Assembly (NCBI GenBank): GCA_964304625.1
Contig: OZ199840.1
Location: 34,323-98,322, forward strand
Direction: 5' to 3'
DNA from: Kudoa neothunni
Taxonomy: Eukaryota > Animalia > Cnidaria
DNA length: 64,000 nucleotides
Position numbers and translations under genes: made by a program. The notes under the pieces were generated by a model. The model saw only the letters and a list, made by a program, of their open reading frames with translations, was not told where the DNA came from and did not search any database. Each line of letters starts with the position of its first letter. Within the stretch, counting starts at the first letter, position 1. Shown one piece after another: positions 13,141-26,600 of this stretch.

Positions 13141-16100
13141 ATGGTTAAGTATAAATTTTTGAATTGCCTCTTATGTATATAGTGTTTTATTACCGATAAT
13201 GAGTCTTTATTAGTCATTCAAATCGCATTTCTTTGTACGATGGAAAATGCAACGGCGCCCTCTTCTCCATCAATGTCTACTCCATTAGCTACGCTGAATT
13301 ATCAAATTGAATATGATAGTTCTACTACCTCCAATTTAGTTAAGCATACACTTGGTGGAACACATTATGCTACAGGAAAATGTCGTATATTGAAGTCAAA
13401 CGAAGCAGCAAACATGGGTGGTTCGACAACAGCAGCGGCGTATCAAGAAATATCAAGCTGCCCTGGATATATTACCGATAGTAGTAACACAAACTGTGTA
13501 ATTTCTTGTGACAGTCAGAATAACAAAGTTCCATATAATAAACTTTCACCACGGACAAAATATATATACGTATATGATAATAATGATTTCGACACTGCTA
13601 AAGCAGATTATCCTAAAGGTGGAAAAGTGTTTGGTTTGGCCACACGTAATCCAAGTATCTTTAAAGCAATAAATTATATCATAAAATTTAGCATTATTGG
13701 TCAATCCTCAAGTAACAATCTCTACCAATGCTGATAGATTGAAACTCCTAACAAAAACTTGCTCCCCAGTTGCGTGCCCAATCCATTATAAAGACGCACA
13801 ATTCAAGGGGGGTATTGCGGGGCAAACATGCGATACAGGAAGCACAGAGAATGATGTTGAATTTGACCTATTGATTCCTCATTATGAGATGAGATGTGTG
13901 AATTATCCAAGTTTCTTTTATTATATGCCAAATGCATACATGAAGAAAAATATGGCTATTTATGAACCTCAGTATTACGTAACAAAAAAGGAGGGAGCTG
14001 CTAATCAAGTTATTCTTAAATTCACAGATTTAATGTTATCGTCAGAGATATGCGTTTTTCAGTATTAAGGACGGTAAAACTGGTGCAGCTAACTCCGCGT
14101 ATGAATCGAAATGTGGAAATACTGCGGGAAAGTGTTACGCACCTTGTAAAAATGTTGAGCTTACTGTAACAGCAGAAAAAGAAATATATAATGTTCTAAT
14201 TCAAACCAGGAATCACGATCTTTCAAAAACATCTGCTGATTTTGATGGATTTTCCCAAAATAAATTTCGTAATTTATTTTAGTCAATAATTATAATTATT
14301 TTATTATAAATCTTATAGCGATATATGAGACTGGTGATGGTTTGTTGTCTGCTTATACCAAAAATGGTGTATCTTTTGATGGTACATTATTAAACCCCTC
14401 TGCAAGTACAGGTACCAAGTTTTCTACGTGCACGTTAAAGCATTACCCTGCTGACAAAGTCAAACACACGCCTTCAACTACTTCATGTAACGCGGCCACT
14501 AAAAAGAATAGTAGTAGTAGCAGTAGTAGTAGTAGTAGCAGCAGCAGTAGCAGTAGCAGCAGTAGCAGTAGCAGCAGTAGCAGTAGTAGCAGTGGCAGCA
14601 GTAGCAGTAGTAGTAGTAGTAGTGAGGGTGGTGAATGCAAAACTGGTTGCGAAAAATTAGTAATTGAAGGACTATCTCCAGGGAAACCATATATTATCGA
14701 AATTGAACCTAATGGAATCGCAGATCCAGCTTCTTTCAAAGAACAAATACTTATAAGGACAAGTAATAACTAAAAATTTAATATTAACTTAACTAATAAT
14801 ATTTACAAGATAATGAGGTGAATAAAAATTTTCAAGCAACCGCCCCTACTAAAACAGAATCAACAACTACACTAACAGCTATTGGAGGCGAAGCAGAGAC
14901 AAATAAAAATAATGAGCCAAACTGTGAATACTATTTAAGTCCAACTGGGAAAAACACATTTTACACCGCTAAATGTACTGAAACCAATCCCTGCAGAGGG
15001 AGATGTAGAGAATCAATAACTATTGTTGATCTTGAACCAAACACTTCTTACGACGTTAGGGTCATTGCTGATAAGGAGTACAAAGAACACATATATACAA
15101 ATGTTTTAACTAGTATATATATATATATATATATATATTAATTTATTCAACTCAATCTAGATCTGGCAACCTTGAGAATAACTCAAAAATACACTGAACA
15201 AGGATTGGAATTGAATGCACAATTGTCCAAAAAAGTCCCAGAAGCCATTTGCCATTATACAATCCAAATAAAAACAGATGAAAGGTTTGAAGATGTTTAC
15301 GTCTGCGAAGCATCACAGACACCAGCAGCTGCGCCAGAAACTCAAAATACTCCACCAAGCTCACCAGTCGACTCCAATTCTAATCCCGAGCAAGAACAAA
15401 CTGGTACTAGTCAAATTCAAAGTCTAAAATCAGAAGTTAATGGATTAAAAATTGCAAGAGCTGAATCTAATACCCCTACTGAAACTGATACAAATGTTGC
15501 CCCAGCTACAACAGTCGATACAACTGCGAGCCCGGCCAATACAAATACATGCTCCTCATTTCCATTGTGCAGTTCTATTAAATTCGACGACTATGATGCA
15601 AATGAAGAGTATAAAGTGTCTATTACTGCAGTGGGAAAATCAGAGCGAAATGAAATTACTTTAGTAGCTAGTAAAAATATTTTCAATATTATTATTATAT
15701 TTAAAATAAATAGCTGCTCCAAAGGGGAATCCAACAGAAAACGACAAAATAATATATGTGACCATAACAAGGGATGGTGAATCATTTGTTATAGAAAACA
15801 CCCTACCATCTAGTCTCAATGAAAAATCCAAATGTAAGTGGGAATTACGTAACGCGAGTACCAAATCGATAGCAATTATTAAAAAATGCATGAGACGAAA
15901 TGACAATGGATGTAGAACGTACCCTTCATGCAAATCATTCACTATCAGTGGATTAGCAGATGGCAACAATTATCACTTGACTGTGTACAGTTCCACCGAT
16001 AAAACAGTTTATGGGACGGCTACGATTGAGCAAGGTAAAGCATTATTACTTCGAAAATAATTTAAATTGTAACTTTTAGGAGCCAAAAGCAGTTCAAGGT

Positions 16101-16281
16101 TTATTAATTAATATTTTTAACATAAATAAATTTTACATTTAGTTCTAAAACCATGGTCATGTATTAATTTATTGTGTTTTTACAATTTAACTGGTATTGT
16201 TTTAGAATAATTGCAGTAGCCGCTATTGGAGCTATGATCATGGGTGCTATTGGTTTCGTGGTTTTCAAGAAGAAAAAATAA
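13141..16281 (+). CDS. Cys-rich FN3-like type I membrane protein family, copy 2 (one apparent frameshift; poly-Ser expansion)
   Basis: GT-AG introns at 13175-13213, 13646-13691, 14269-14318, 14763-14809, 15113-15160, 15671-15713, 16035-16079, 16099-16142 and 16161-16205. Spliced product has a signal peptide MVKYKFLNCLLFIQIAFLCTMENA, tyrosine-corner motifs (LSPRTKY, LSPGKPY, LEPNTSY, YDANEEY, LADGNNY), TM VIIIAVAAIGAMIMGAIGFVVF and KKKK*. An extra T in the run at 14055-14059 shifts the frame. Confidence 0.85.
14510..14623 (+). repeat. (AGY)n coding microsatellite, about 38 codons of poly-Ser
   Basis: AGT/AGC repeats with a single GGC, in frame within exon 4 of copy 2. Confidence 0.95.
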
Positions 16282-17899
16282 ACGCCCTTATTTACGAATT
16301 ATTACCCTAAAATCCAACTATAGAAATTTATATTATTTTTCTAATGGTGTGATATTTATGAATTGTCGATAATTCAAATTTATCCATACTAGATAAAATA
16401 AAAATATTTTATCTTAGATGTGTTCCAACGTTATTATAAAACTTGATAGGGATGATATGACTCGGATAAAAATGTGGGATTGTTAATAAACTTTTAAAAT
16501 TTTTTTATAATTATTAGAAATTGCTAAAACATAATGAAATATGATATACGCATAATATTTATTTTGTTAAACGAATAAATTATATTAAATTGAATATATT
16601 TATCGAATAATAGTTGTAAACGTTGATTAATCTCCTAAATATTTAGATGTTGTATTCGGTTACTTTTTTAAACTATACACTACATAACGATACTGAAATT
16701 GATGTCAAATATTAATATTATAAAAATTAGATAACGAGATATGATGAATATTCTGATGTTTTAAAAAAATGAGCTCGACTGCTTGTGTATTGGTATCTAG
16801 GATTTCCAAAATTTTGCAGTAAACGCAAACTCACTGACTTAGGAACCATCATAGTGATTTTAGTATTTATTCCAGTTTTTAATGAAATTTTTGGCTATTT
16901 AAAACCTTAAGTTAGATGGAAAATATTAATAAATAAATCAAAAAATTAATTAATTATAGGGTTACTTAATCCCAAAATTAATTTAAAAAAATATCTCAAC
17001 ATAATCGTTTGCAGCTATAAATCTCACACTTAAGTTTTTTAAGTATATTGACTTATTGAATTCTGCAAGAACGCTTCAAAGTGTTCTGATCGTTCCTGAG
17101 TCAAGATTCGATCTTTGTATTTTGATTCAGTTTATAACTACATTCTACATTTCATTTGGCGATTTTTGTTGTAGTTAAACTATAAACGTAAATTATAAAT
17201 AGTTATTCCAACCAAATTAAACGAAAGTGACAATATGACATGTTGCATAATTAATGCAGAATGGTTATAAGAAGACGAATTTTAAACTTATTCAAGATAT
17301 CAAAAACAACATTAATAGAAAATTAAGGTACTTTAAAAATAATGAAAACATTGAGTAAACCACTACAGCGCAGAAATATTTTAGTCAACTTACGAAACCC
17401 TCTGTACGTAGTGTAGATATAATATTTTGATATAACATAGCAAAAGACAATGACAGAGTCTTATATTGAATATGGTAAACACACGATTGATTTCTACATC
17501 GTAGAACATATTACAGTAAGGTATCGGTATAGGGAGGGTTTTTAAAAATGAATAGTAATTTATCACGCAATACTGAGGGGATCGAGTATGCGCGTTATTA
17601 TATTTTTTCATGGAAAAGAGTCAATTTTTTATCTTTTTTCCAGGCCGTATAATTTTATATAAAGTGTTCAATTAGGATTGGTGTGAAATAATTAGGATAG
17701 ATTTTCAAATTGAATGGTTATCCAATAGTATTTATGACCGCTTTTACGTCACATTTCGTAATTATTTGACTTTCTCGATGAAAATCAGCGTCAACGTTGC
17801 ATTTTGTTGATCTTGCGACATTTATATAAGGTTAACTGTACATTTCTTCATGTATAACTTTGACTTACGTCAATTCCACGATCTCATTCGCGTTGGTAT

Positions 17900-18420
17900 G
17901 TAGCAATAGAATAAAATTGAACCGACTGCATTACATACCATAAATTATTGTTTTTTCTGTATGACTAATATTTACATTAAATTCGTCATAGTTTATGTTT
18001 AAAAATGTCTTCCTAAATTAATCGCGCGATTTGATATATCGGATATTTCTCGAAACAATTTCAATAGTTAGCTCGTCACCATTTCCCACGTTGCCTTTAA
18101 AGTGCGAAGACGCTTAAAGACAGTATATTTAAAAATTTTCGTAGAATCATTAAATAGAAACTGATTAACGAATGATTTCCTACACTTTGACTTCAAATCA
18201 TGTGTGGTTTGAAAATCTATTGATTTGGTGCCACTAGTATTCTTAGGAAGAAAGCACATTTCGATATAATTAAATTGATCAAGAATGAGATGTGTTTTTC
18301 CTTTTTATTCATTAAACTGCCTATCTATGTTTTTAACAATTTCAAAGAACAAAGCTGCGGACGTCCAGCTATTTTTTGAAAAAGATAATTTACTGGGAGA
18401 TTAGTGACACCGTAAAAACG
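17900..18420 (-). mobile_element. Decayed pogo/Tigger-type DDE transposase remnant
   Basis: Minus strand WTSAALFFEIVKNIDRQFN..HLILD..FLPKNTS....DFQTTHDLKSKCRK resembles the DDE_1 pattern 'AWMT..F..W...FLPPNTTS..QP.D...K..YR'. Ends approximate. Confidence 0.5.
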
Positions 18421-20656
18421 GGGTGACTCTCTTTTTCGAGAATTTCATTCCCTTCAAATCGATTTTATTTTATAGTGTTATATGTTCATTTGCACAACTG
18501 TTCGTAGTTGAAAGCAATCTTGTCAAAATTAATAATTTATACATTTTTTCGTCCCCGAAAATCTACAGAAACCTTTTAGATCCATTCAAATACATTATCC
18601 ATATCGGCATTCACAACCCCACCATACAATATAATGTTCTTCGAACAGTAATGAAACTTGAAATTTAGAAGCAAATCATTATTGAAGAAAATGATTAATC
18701 AATAGATTTCAGCGTTATATTATACAGATGCATTAAAAAATAACCGATAATTATCCAATGATTAAAAAATTTTTCGCCCAAAATATAATAAAAATTTGAA
18801 TAAAAACCAAAATTTTTTAGACGATTTAAAAATATATCGCCCCATTATACCATTAGGAACTTAGATGCTTTTGAATTCAATAAAAATAAACGTCATATTT
18901 CCTCAATACAATCAATGTTATTCTATAACAATCTAAATAGAAAACCTAAATTGAAGTCCTGCATCTTCTCAGTTAATCCGTATAAATAAATCATAACATC
19001 ATAAGAGAAGTGATTTCCGCGAATGCAAAGAAAACCAGACTCAACAATAAAGGGTGCCAAATTCATAACATTTTCTTCTATTTAAAGATTCTAAAATTAA
19101 GTATCAACGTTTGTTCAAATAATTTTTAAATTTATTTTACTTGAGTTATACCACGTAAACAGGAAAATGAGCCGGCCATGACAACATTAAATTCTTAGAT
19201 AATATTAAATTCTTAAATTTAAAATAGAGAATTAATGATTCCAGAATTAAATAGATAAAATGAAAGCAGTATTAGAATGCATTCAGAAAAAATCCGTTAT
19301 ATCATTATATTACTCATAAAGGATGTGTATGATAAGTAAAATCGTCAAAGACCGTATAAAATAATGTTCAAAAAGTAGATTCTTTCAATATTTAGTTATA
19401 TACGAAACAAATATACATCTGTTATCGACATTATATAAATTTTCGGGTATAATCATCAAATAAAACGAAATATCCCCATAAAATAAACGCTACAATAAAC
19501 TACAAGCCATTATGATAGAAAATAAGTTTTCATTTTATTTGTACAAATATATCGGGAATTAAACGTAAAGCAATCACAAATGTCCTTCCAATATGGCGGA
19601 TAATTCCAAAAATCAACAAATAAGATTAAAAAAACGAAGCAAACCCCCAAGTTTCCCCTTTTTAAAAGAAAGGTGCATTTTATATTCCCGAAAATTAACA
19701 TATAATTTTAAGGCAGCGGCTATTGGCACGATAAAATTTAATCCTAATCCATGTGTACGCATACGGATTTTTTAATCTCAACAACCATTTAAAAGCGGTT
19801 CATAGATTTAATATTTTAAAATAAGTTATATTTAATTATAGTCAAGACGAGTGTCAACTGAATATTATTTAACATCCCAATAGCCCCTTCATAATTAATT
19901 TCAACTAATTCTTTACAACTAAATCACAACTTTAACTCAATTACAAATTTTACAAGAATTTTAACCTTCAACTTTATCAAGAAAGGAAGTAAAACTTCAT
20001 TTTTTTATTTGAACATTTTAACTTTGTGAGTGTTTTAATCATATAATTACATTTTTAAATACATCTATATTATAATAATATAAATAATGTTTATTTGATT
20101 TTATAAAAATGAATTATGAAAATTTGTTTGTTTTATATCATGAACAATATAGATGAATATCTAATTCTACGGCAAATATAAAAAAGACTAAAAGTATCCT
20201 GCAATTAAATTTAGAATTTTGAGCTTTCAGTAAAACTAAAAAACATACACATACACATACATTAATAAGTTTATTCTAAAAATGAATCTAAGAATAAAAT
20301 ATAATTTGATTCGTATACTATAAGGGACAGATTAATCCTTGTTGCCATTTGACACCATGTGTGTATCTTTCAAATTTTTGAAATAACTGCTCTAATTTTA
20401 GGATATTTTATATAAAATTATTTAAAATTAAACATAATGAGCGAAAAATATTTTTTGGTCACTGAATTAAATTCGTAGTTCAAGGGGTTACTTATAAAAG
20501 TATGGAATTAGTTCCAAAAGAAAGCGCACATTTCAATATATAACAAAAACTAGTTGTGACAATTAAAGAACAGAGATATATAATACCACCAAGTGCCATT
20601 TGATTTGTTTATAAAGCAAAATTTTAGCTAATATCATTTGACCGCATCTCAATTAA

Positions 20657-20908
20657 CCCTCAGAGGACAGTCTTGGGTTTCAAGAGCCCTCCTTTCCGTT
20701 ATTTTTAAAATAAATTTTATTAATAAATTTGTTGTATTTTATGTATTTTTGACAGAATTTCGCCTAATTAAAAATAAATATTACTTATCGACTAATGTAA
20801 TAAAATGGGAAAAAATTCCGACGAAATTACTCAAAATGTAACCAACTACTAACTTAACAACAAAATGATATAAAGGTGTAGCATAGGGCTATGGTTGTCC
20901 TCAAAGGG
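20657..20908. mobile_element. piggyBac-like MITE upstream of Chk1
   Basis: TTAA + CCCTCAGAGGACA ... TGTCCTCAAAGGG + TTTAA; about 250 bp, non-coding. Confidence 0.6.
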
Positions 20909-21332
20909 TTTAAATAACCTTAACTTCAATTAAGCATAACTTTAAGTGTATTTGTATTTATCACCAGCATTAATAAAGCTATAAAAAAAGAATATACACA
21001 GCCAATTTATAATTTTAAAAAAACTTGATGGTAACGTAGATTATCCACAGCAACTTCAAATAAGCTTCGAGTATTTATCGGATTATAGTTAAAGCTTTCC
21101 TATGATTAAAAATCATGTTGACTTAATCTGATTAGCGGAACAATTAAAATAAATTTATATATTAAATCCGGATTAGTAATAAACTAAACTATTAATCAAA
21201 AATAAAAAGGAATATTCAAACGAACTGCTAAGTTTTTTGTTTATTGCGGAAAAGGGGTTGGTAATGGATGTTTTGCGCGCATATCATTGTTGATTGTCAT
21301 TAGTGTGCTTATCAACAGCAAACTAATTGGTT

Positions 21333-23531
21333 ATGCTGGAAGAACATTTTTATGGTAATTGGTATTTTATTGACAACCTGGGTGAAGGTTCATTTGGAAA
21401 GTAATATCCTTTCGAACGCACAGGCGAATCACTCACACACGATTGGATTTTAGTGTGAGATTGGCTAAAGACAAAGAAACCAACGATTTGGTAGCAGTTA
21501 AAATAGTTGATCTCTCGAAAATTAAGGAGATCAAAGATATTGAAAGGGAGGTGATCATATTAAATTTGAACACACAAGAAATTCCAATATTTTTCATTTA
21601 GATATGTATTCTAAAATTGATTAATCATAGCAGAATTGTTCGTTATTATGGTCATCGCAAAGAATCTACGCTTTACTATATATTTTTTGAATACCTCACA
21701 GGCGGAGAATTATTTAATTGGATAGGTATGGGATTGTGGTAGTTCTTCGAATACCACTAAAATATTTAATATAATCGCACGATTATATTCTTGATAACTA
21801 TAGATCCTGGTTATCCTATGGAGAATTCTCTTTGTTTCAGATTTTCATCTCAAATATTAGAGGCTATAGTAATCAGTTTCAACAAGTGTTGAGGTTGTAA
21901 TATGTTGTTTAGAATTATTTGCATTTAGTTGGAGTAGCACACAGAGATCTAAAATTAGAAAACGTCCTTTTGGATGAAAATAGTAACTTTAATTGGCGAA
22001 AAAATTTATTCAATATAAAAATAATTTAAATTATTATTTTAGATAATGTTAAATTGATCGATTTTGGATTGTCAACAATATTCCGATATAAAGGGAAAGA
22101 ACGTTTTCTTGCTAAGATGTGTGGTTCAATGCCTTATACAGCTCCCGAGATTCTGTTATCAAAAGAATATCGTGCCCAACCAGCCGATATATGGTCATTT
22201 GGAGTGATATTATTTGCACTATTTACTGGCGGTGATTATCTTCATTTGGCTGTTATCAATCAACTCCAAATATTATGAGTATTATTTTAGAGTTGCCATG
22301 GGATGCAGCTACTGACGAGTCTGCGGAATTTCGTCGTTTTAAAGTTGGCCAGCAACCTGCGGAATCTTGGGGTCGTTTAGATCAATATAAGCTAGGTTTA
22401 GATTTTCATTTAATTTTAAGGCGAGTTTTATTATACTTGATTAGATTTAATTACGCATTTATTTTGCGTAAGTCCAATTCAACGCTACACATACAAAGAT
22501 GTGTGTGAGAGTTCGTGGTACAGATTGTGAGTTTTTGTTTGGATTTAAATGCACCTATTAATTTTGATTTATTAAGCTCCCAAAAGATGGAATCCAACAT
22601 AGGTAAATATATGTGCGCTTGTAATTACACAATGCTAATTATTTTTCTGAGTATAGCAATTGCAACAACACAATCTAGTGGAGATATTAACAGTTCGAAG
22701 TATTTTATTCTCGAATAGACTAGCCTGAATTAGAGTTATTGAATTAATTTATTATGTTACAGGTATGTGACAAATAGTCAAGCGCCTAGCAATCCAAGTA
22801 GCGGCGGAGTCACTACATGTCTATCTCAGATGAATCCAACTACTGAATCGATTTCACTACTTTCCAATCATAGTCGATTCCCCAAGCAGAACGACATTGG
22901 AAATAATGCAGTGGATGCATTTTCTCAACCTATCAAGGCTGATGATTTGGTGGTGAGCCAAATGACCCAGGCCACTCAAACTTGTCAATCTACCCAGGTA
23001 AATTCTCATCGACTTTATAAGTGTTATCGCATTTCAATATATATTAATTTGAAATATGTAGAAAACGATCTTGAACAATGTGGCTAGAAAAATGACTCGT
23101 TTCTATGTCAAAAATGCTTCGGATGAATTTCTCAAACAAAGCATTGTGGAAATTCTCGACAGTTATGTGCTACAATGGACACTTTTAAATGAATTTGGCG
23201 TATGGATTATATTCATTTATTATGACTTTGCCTAATTGATTAACTATTTTATTAAGTTTTCTGTAAATGCGATCGATCGTCGTCGAAATCCATTGAATTT
23301 TAAAATCGAACTTCGACCTGTGTCATTACCGCCCTTAACATCTTCGAGCGAAACTAATCCGCCACCAGATAGCATTATTTTGGTGAATATAAAAAGAAAC
23401 AAAGTAAATTAAATATGAAATTTACAAAATTGATTAACCTATTATAGGGTGATGGAATCGAATTTAAAAAATTCTATCGACACATCAAGAATGACCTCAA
23501 TCGATTGGTTACATGTGTGGATGTGATTTAG
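21333..23531 (+). CDS. CHK1: Checkpoint kinase 1 (Ser/Thr kinase), multi-exon
   Basis: Spliced motifs LGEGSFG, VAVK, EYLTGGELF, HRDLKLEN, IDFGLSTIFRYKGKERFLAKMCGSMPYTAPE and ELPWD. An SQ/TQ cluster (FSQP, SQMTQATQ) and Chk1 C-terminal motifs RKMTRF, DRRRNPLNFK and GDGIEFKKFY follow. Stop TAG at 23529-23531. Start codon is the best guess. Confidence 0.9.
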
Positions 23532-23625
23532 GTTTAGACTGTTTTCAATTTGTCAGCTTAGTTATTGTTTGTAAGTGTTTATTTGAGAGAGTCATTTTTT
23601 ATAATTCAACCCATAAAAGTAAAAA

Positions 23626-26600
23626 CTAAACAGTTGTGCTCGTAATAGTATAATTTTTTGGGTTGTTGAGAGTGGACGAATAGAAACCGTTTTGGTCGAT
23701 TCGAGAAGCAAGCGAATTGTTATTGAGTTCGTTGGAGAGGGGTTTATCGTCACGGAGTAGTTTGATTAACTTAACAAGCGATTGTGTTATTTTGGCATCA
23801 TACTCAACTAATTGTTTCCTATGGTTAGTATAAAAAGATTGATAACTCTCAGGTGGTTGATCCTCAAAAATAGCCATTTGAGAAGAGCAGAATTCCTCAC
23901 TCAATGATAAAATGGCAAATATCCGCTAAAATACAATCAAGCTTACAAACAATAACAGACTCTATGTCTTACTTCAATTAGATATTCGTTGTTAAGCAAA
24001 AATCCGGCTATACACTGAGCAAGGAAGTAACCGTGGTACTGTATAACTTGGTCAACATTTCTGACCTATATAAAAAGATTAAAAATTTGAAACTACTTAA
24101 AAATATGAGTTAGATGTTAGTGTAGTTACAATATTCTCATAAATAGAAAAAACTTCCTATTTTATCAAAAATATTTATAGAATATATTACGATAACACGT
24201 AAAAATAAATTGTATAATTTAAAATGGTGATATGTCTAATGTTCCAGTCTCCATTTTAACATTAAATTCTCTAAAATTATTTTTAAATTTTTCTTAAATC
24301 AATAAAAATTATTGTAACAACTAGAAACTATTTTTTGAAAAATATTCAAAATATAGCGTCATGGAGATGTAATTATTTTCTCTTATTCATGTAAATTTTA
24401 AACGTAAAATAGGCATGACAAAGTTAAACATGTTTACATATTGTGAGTCAAGTTAAAATAAATGATAATTTTTACTAATATAAACAACTATTGAAGAATT
24501 ATTAACTGAATTATGTTATTAGAATGGGCGAAATGCTTACTTAGATGGTATATTTTAGATTCAGAAGAATGGTTGCTTAAATTAGATATAACAGTGATTT
24601 TAGTTTATACGAAAAGCTTAATTATGATAAATGTAGCATGTGGATTATGAATGTTGTAATCCACATGTTTAATATATTAAATTAATATTTTTATTAAGGT
24701 AATTAAAGCAAAATTTAACGTTAAAAATAAGAAATAATAAAATTTAATTTATTATATTCATATAATTCTATTCATATGAGTGGTGATAAAATGAATATGA
24801 TTTTTTATTATTAAGGTGGATAAATATTGCAATGACACATGCGAAAACCATACGCTGTTTTTAAAGTTGCGTCACAATGATACAACACTTGAAGATATGA
24901 ATAAATAAACATATTTAAAATTAAACTTTATGATTATAAAACTTTTAGTTCATTACTATTAAAATAACAAAATAACTACTCAGGCTTTAGATAATTTATT
25001 GATATGTCGAAATCAACGCCATAAACTTGATTTGAACGCAAAAGAAATTGTAAAAATATCTTGGGAAAATTCAAGACTAATTTTAAGAAGTACTCAGTGC
25101 GATGCATGCGCAATGGAGAAATACAATGAAACCACGTTACATTATGAACACGAAATTTTAACTTTCTTAATATTAAATGGCAAGTTTTTCAATATTTGAC
25201 TAAGTTTAATTTTAATATTTTAAAGATAATAGATGCTTCGAAAATTAAAGAATATCATTCTACGGAAGTAATAATAATTAAAAACACTAAATATTATAAT
25301 AATTTTTAGTAAAAAATTACATTGATTGGGAAAAATTAGTGGTAAATATTAAATTAAGTAATTTCTTGCGCATGCGAATAATTTAAGTTCCGCCGTTTAT
25401 ATTCCAAAAATGCGCGTAAAATATAAAGGAAATAAATTTGAATAAAATTTCTAATTTCCGAAATGAACAAATTTTCAAATAATTGAGAGATATCTTATCC
25501 GTAACAATTATTTCAGTAACAATTAAGTAATTTAAAATTAATGCAGCAGATAATAATTGAAAGTAGTTTAAAAAAAGGATTAGTCAAAGTTATGGGGAAT
25601 CTTAATATATTAACGCACGCGCACTTTATTTATTTCTACCCGCTCAAATTTTTCAACTTGATAAATAACACATGTATCAATTTTTGAATTACTCACAATT
25701 TTTATTCAACCAAATGTATTTAAATAAATTAATCAATTTTTAGTCCAAGATCTACCTGAACAATCCTACAAAAATAAAAAATATTTTATTTAAAACACAT
25801 ACAATTAAATTTAATTAAATTAAATCAAGTTAAATTAAAATAAAATAAAGTATTGAGAGATTTAACACGAAATTTAATTGTTAATACAAATAACGCGCAG
25901 TGTATTACATTTGCTAGATGATACTCCAGATTTTGCCAGTTGGGTTCGATCACTTCGAAGGCTAAATAATACTCAAAAGTCTGTATGAAATGAAGCATTT
26001 TATTGTTGACAGAGAGCAGCATTTTGTAGAACATGAACCTAAACAAAAAAATGATAAAAGTGAGAAGATATCAATAATTAAAATTAACTACTCTTGAGGT
26101 GTATGGTAGGATTTATTGAATTGTTGCTGCACACATTTTTCCCACAATCTAAAAACAACTTCATCGTCAAATTTATACCCATTTGAAATACTTGGTGTGA
26201 AGTCGTTCGACTCTTTTGACCAAAAAAATCAGCCTAAAAAGCATCTGGTATTTTATCAAGGATTTTCTATCCACCACCAACGACAAAGGCCAAGCAACAT
26301 CAAAGTTGAAACTAAAGGCCTCGTAGCCGAATACGGGAGTGTCGAGTGTTTTGGATTTGTCATCCCAGTTGGTGCCGATTGACCTGGCCATACTGTTTAT
26401 ACTGGATAGTTGAGTTCGGAGACTAGTAGGAAGTAGAACCACTCTACAGATTGAAACATTCTTATATGAAGACATAAATAAATCAATCCGACTTGAGGTC
26501 ATCCTTATGGGGGTCACTGGCACACACACTTAACGAAAGTGCGATTTCAACAGAAGATTCCAAACGATGAATATTAACGTCTATTTGGCAATTTGTAATT

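Noticed and set aside
14443-14739. Poly-Leu and Cys/Tyr-rich ORFs on the minus strand
   Set aside because: Antisense and alternate-frame readings of the AGY poly-Ser repeat.
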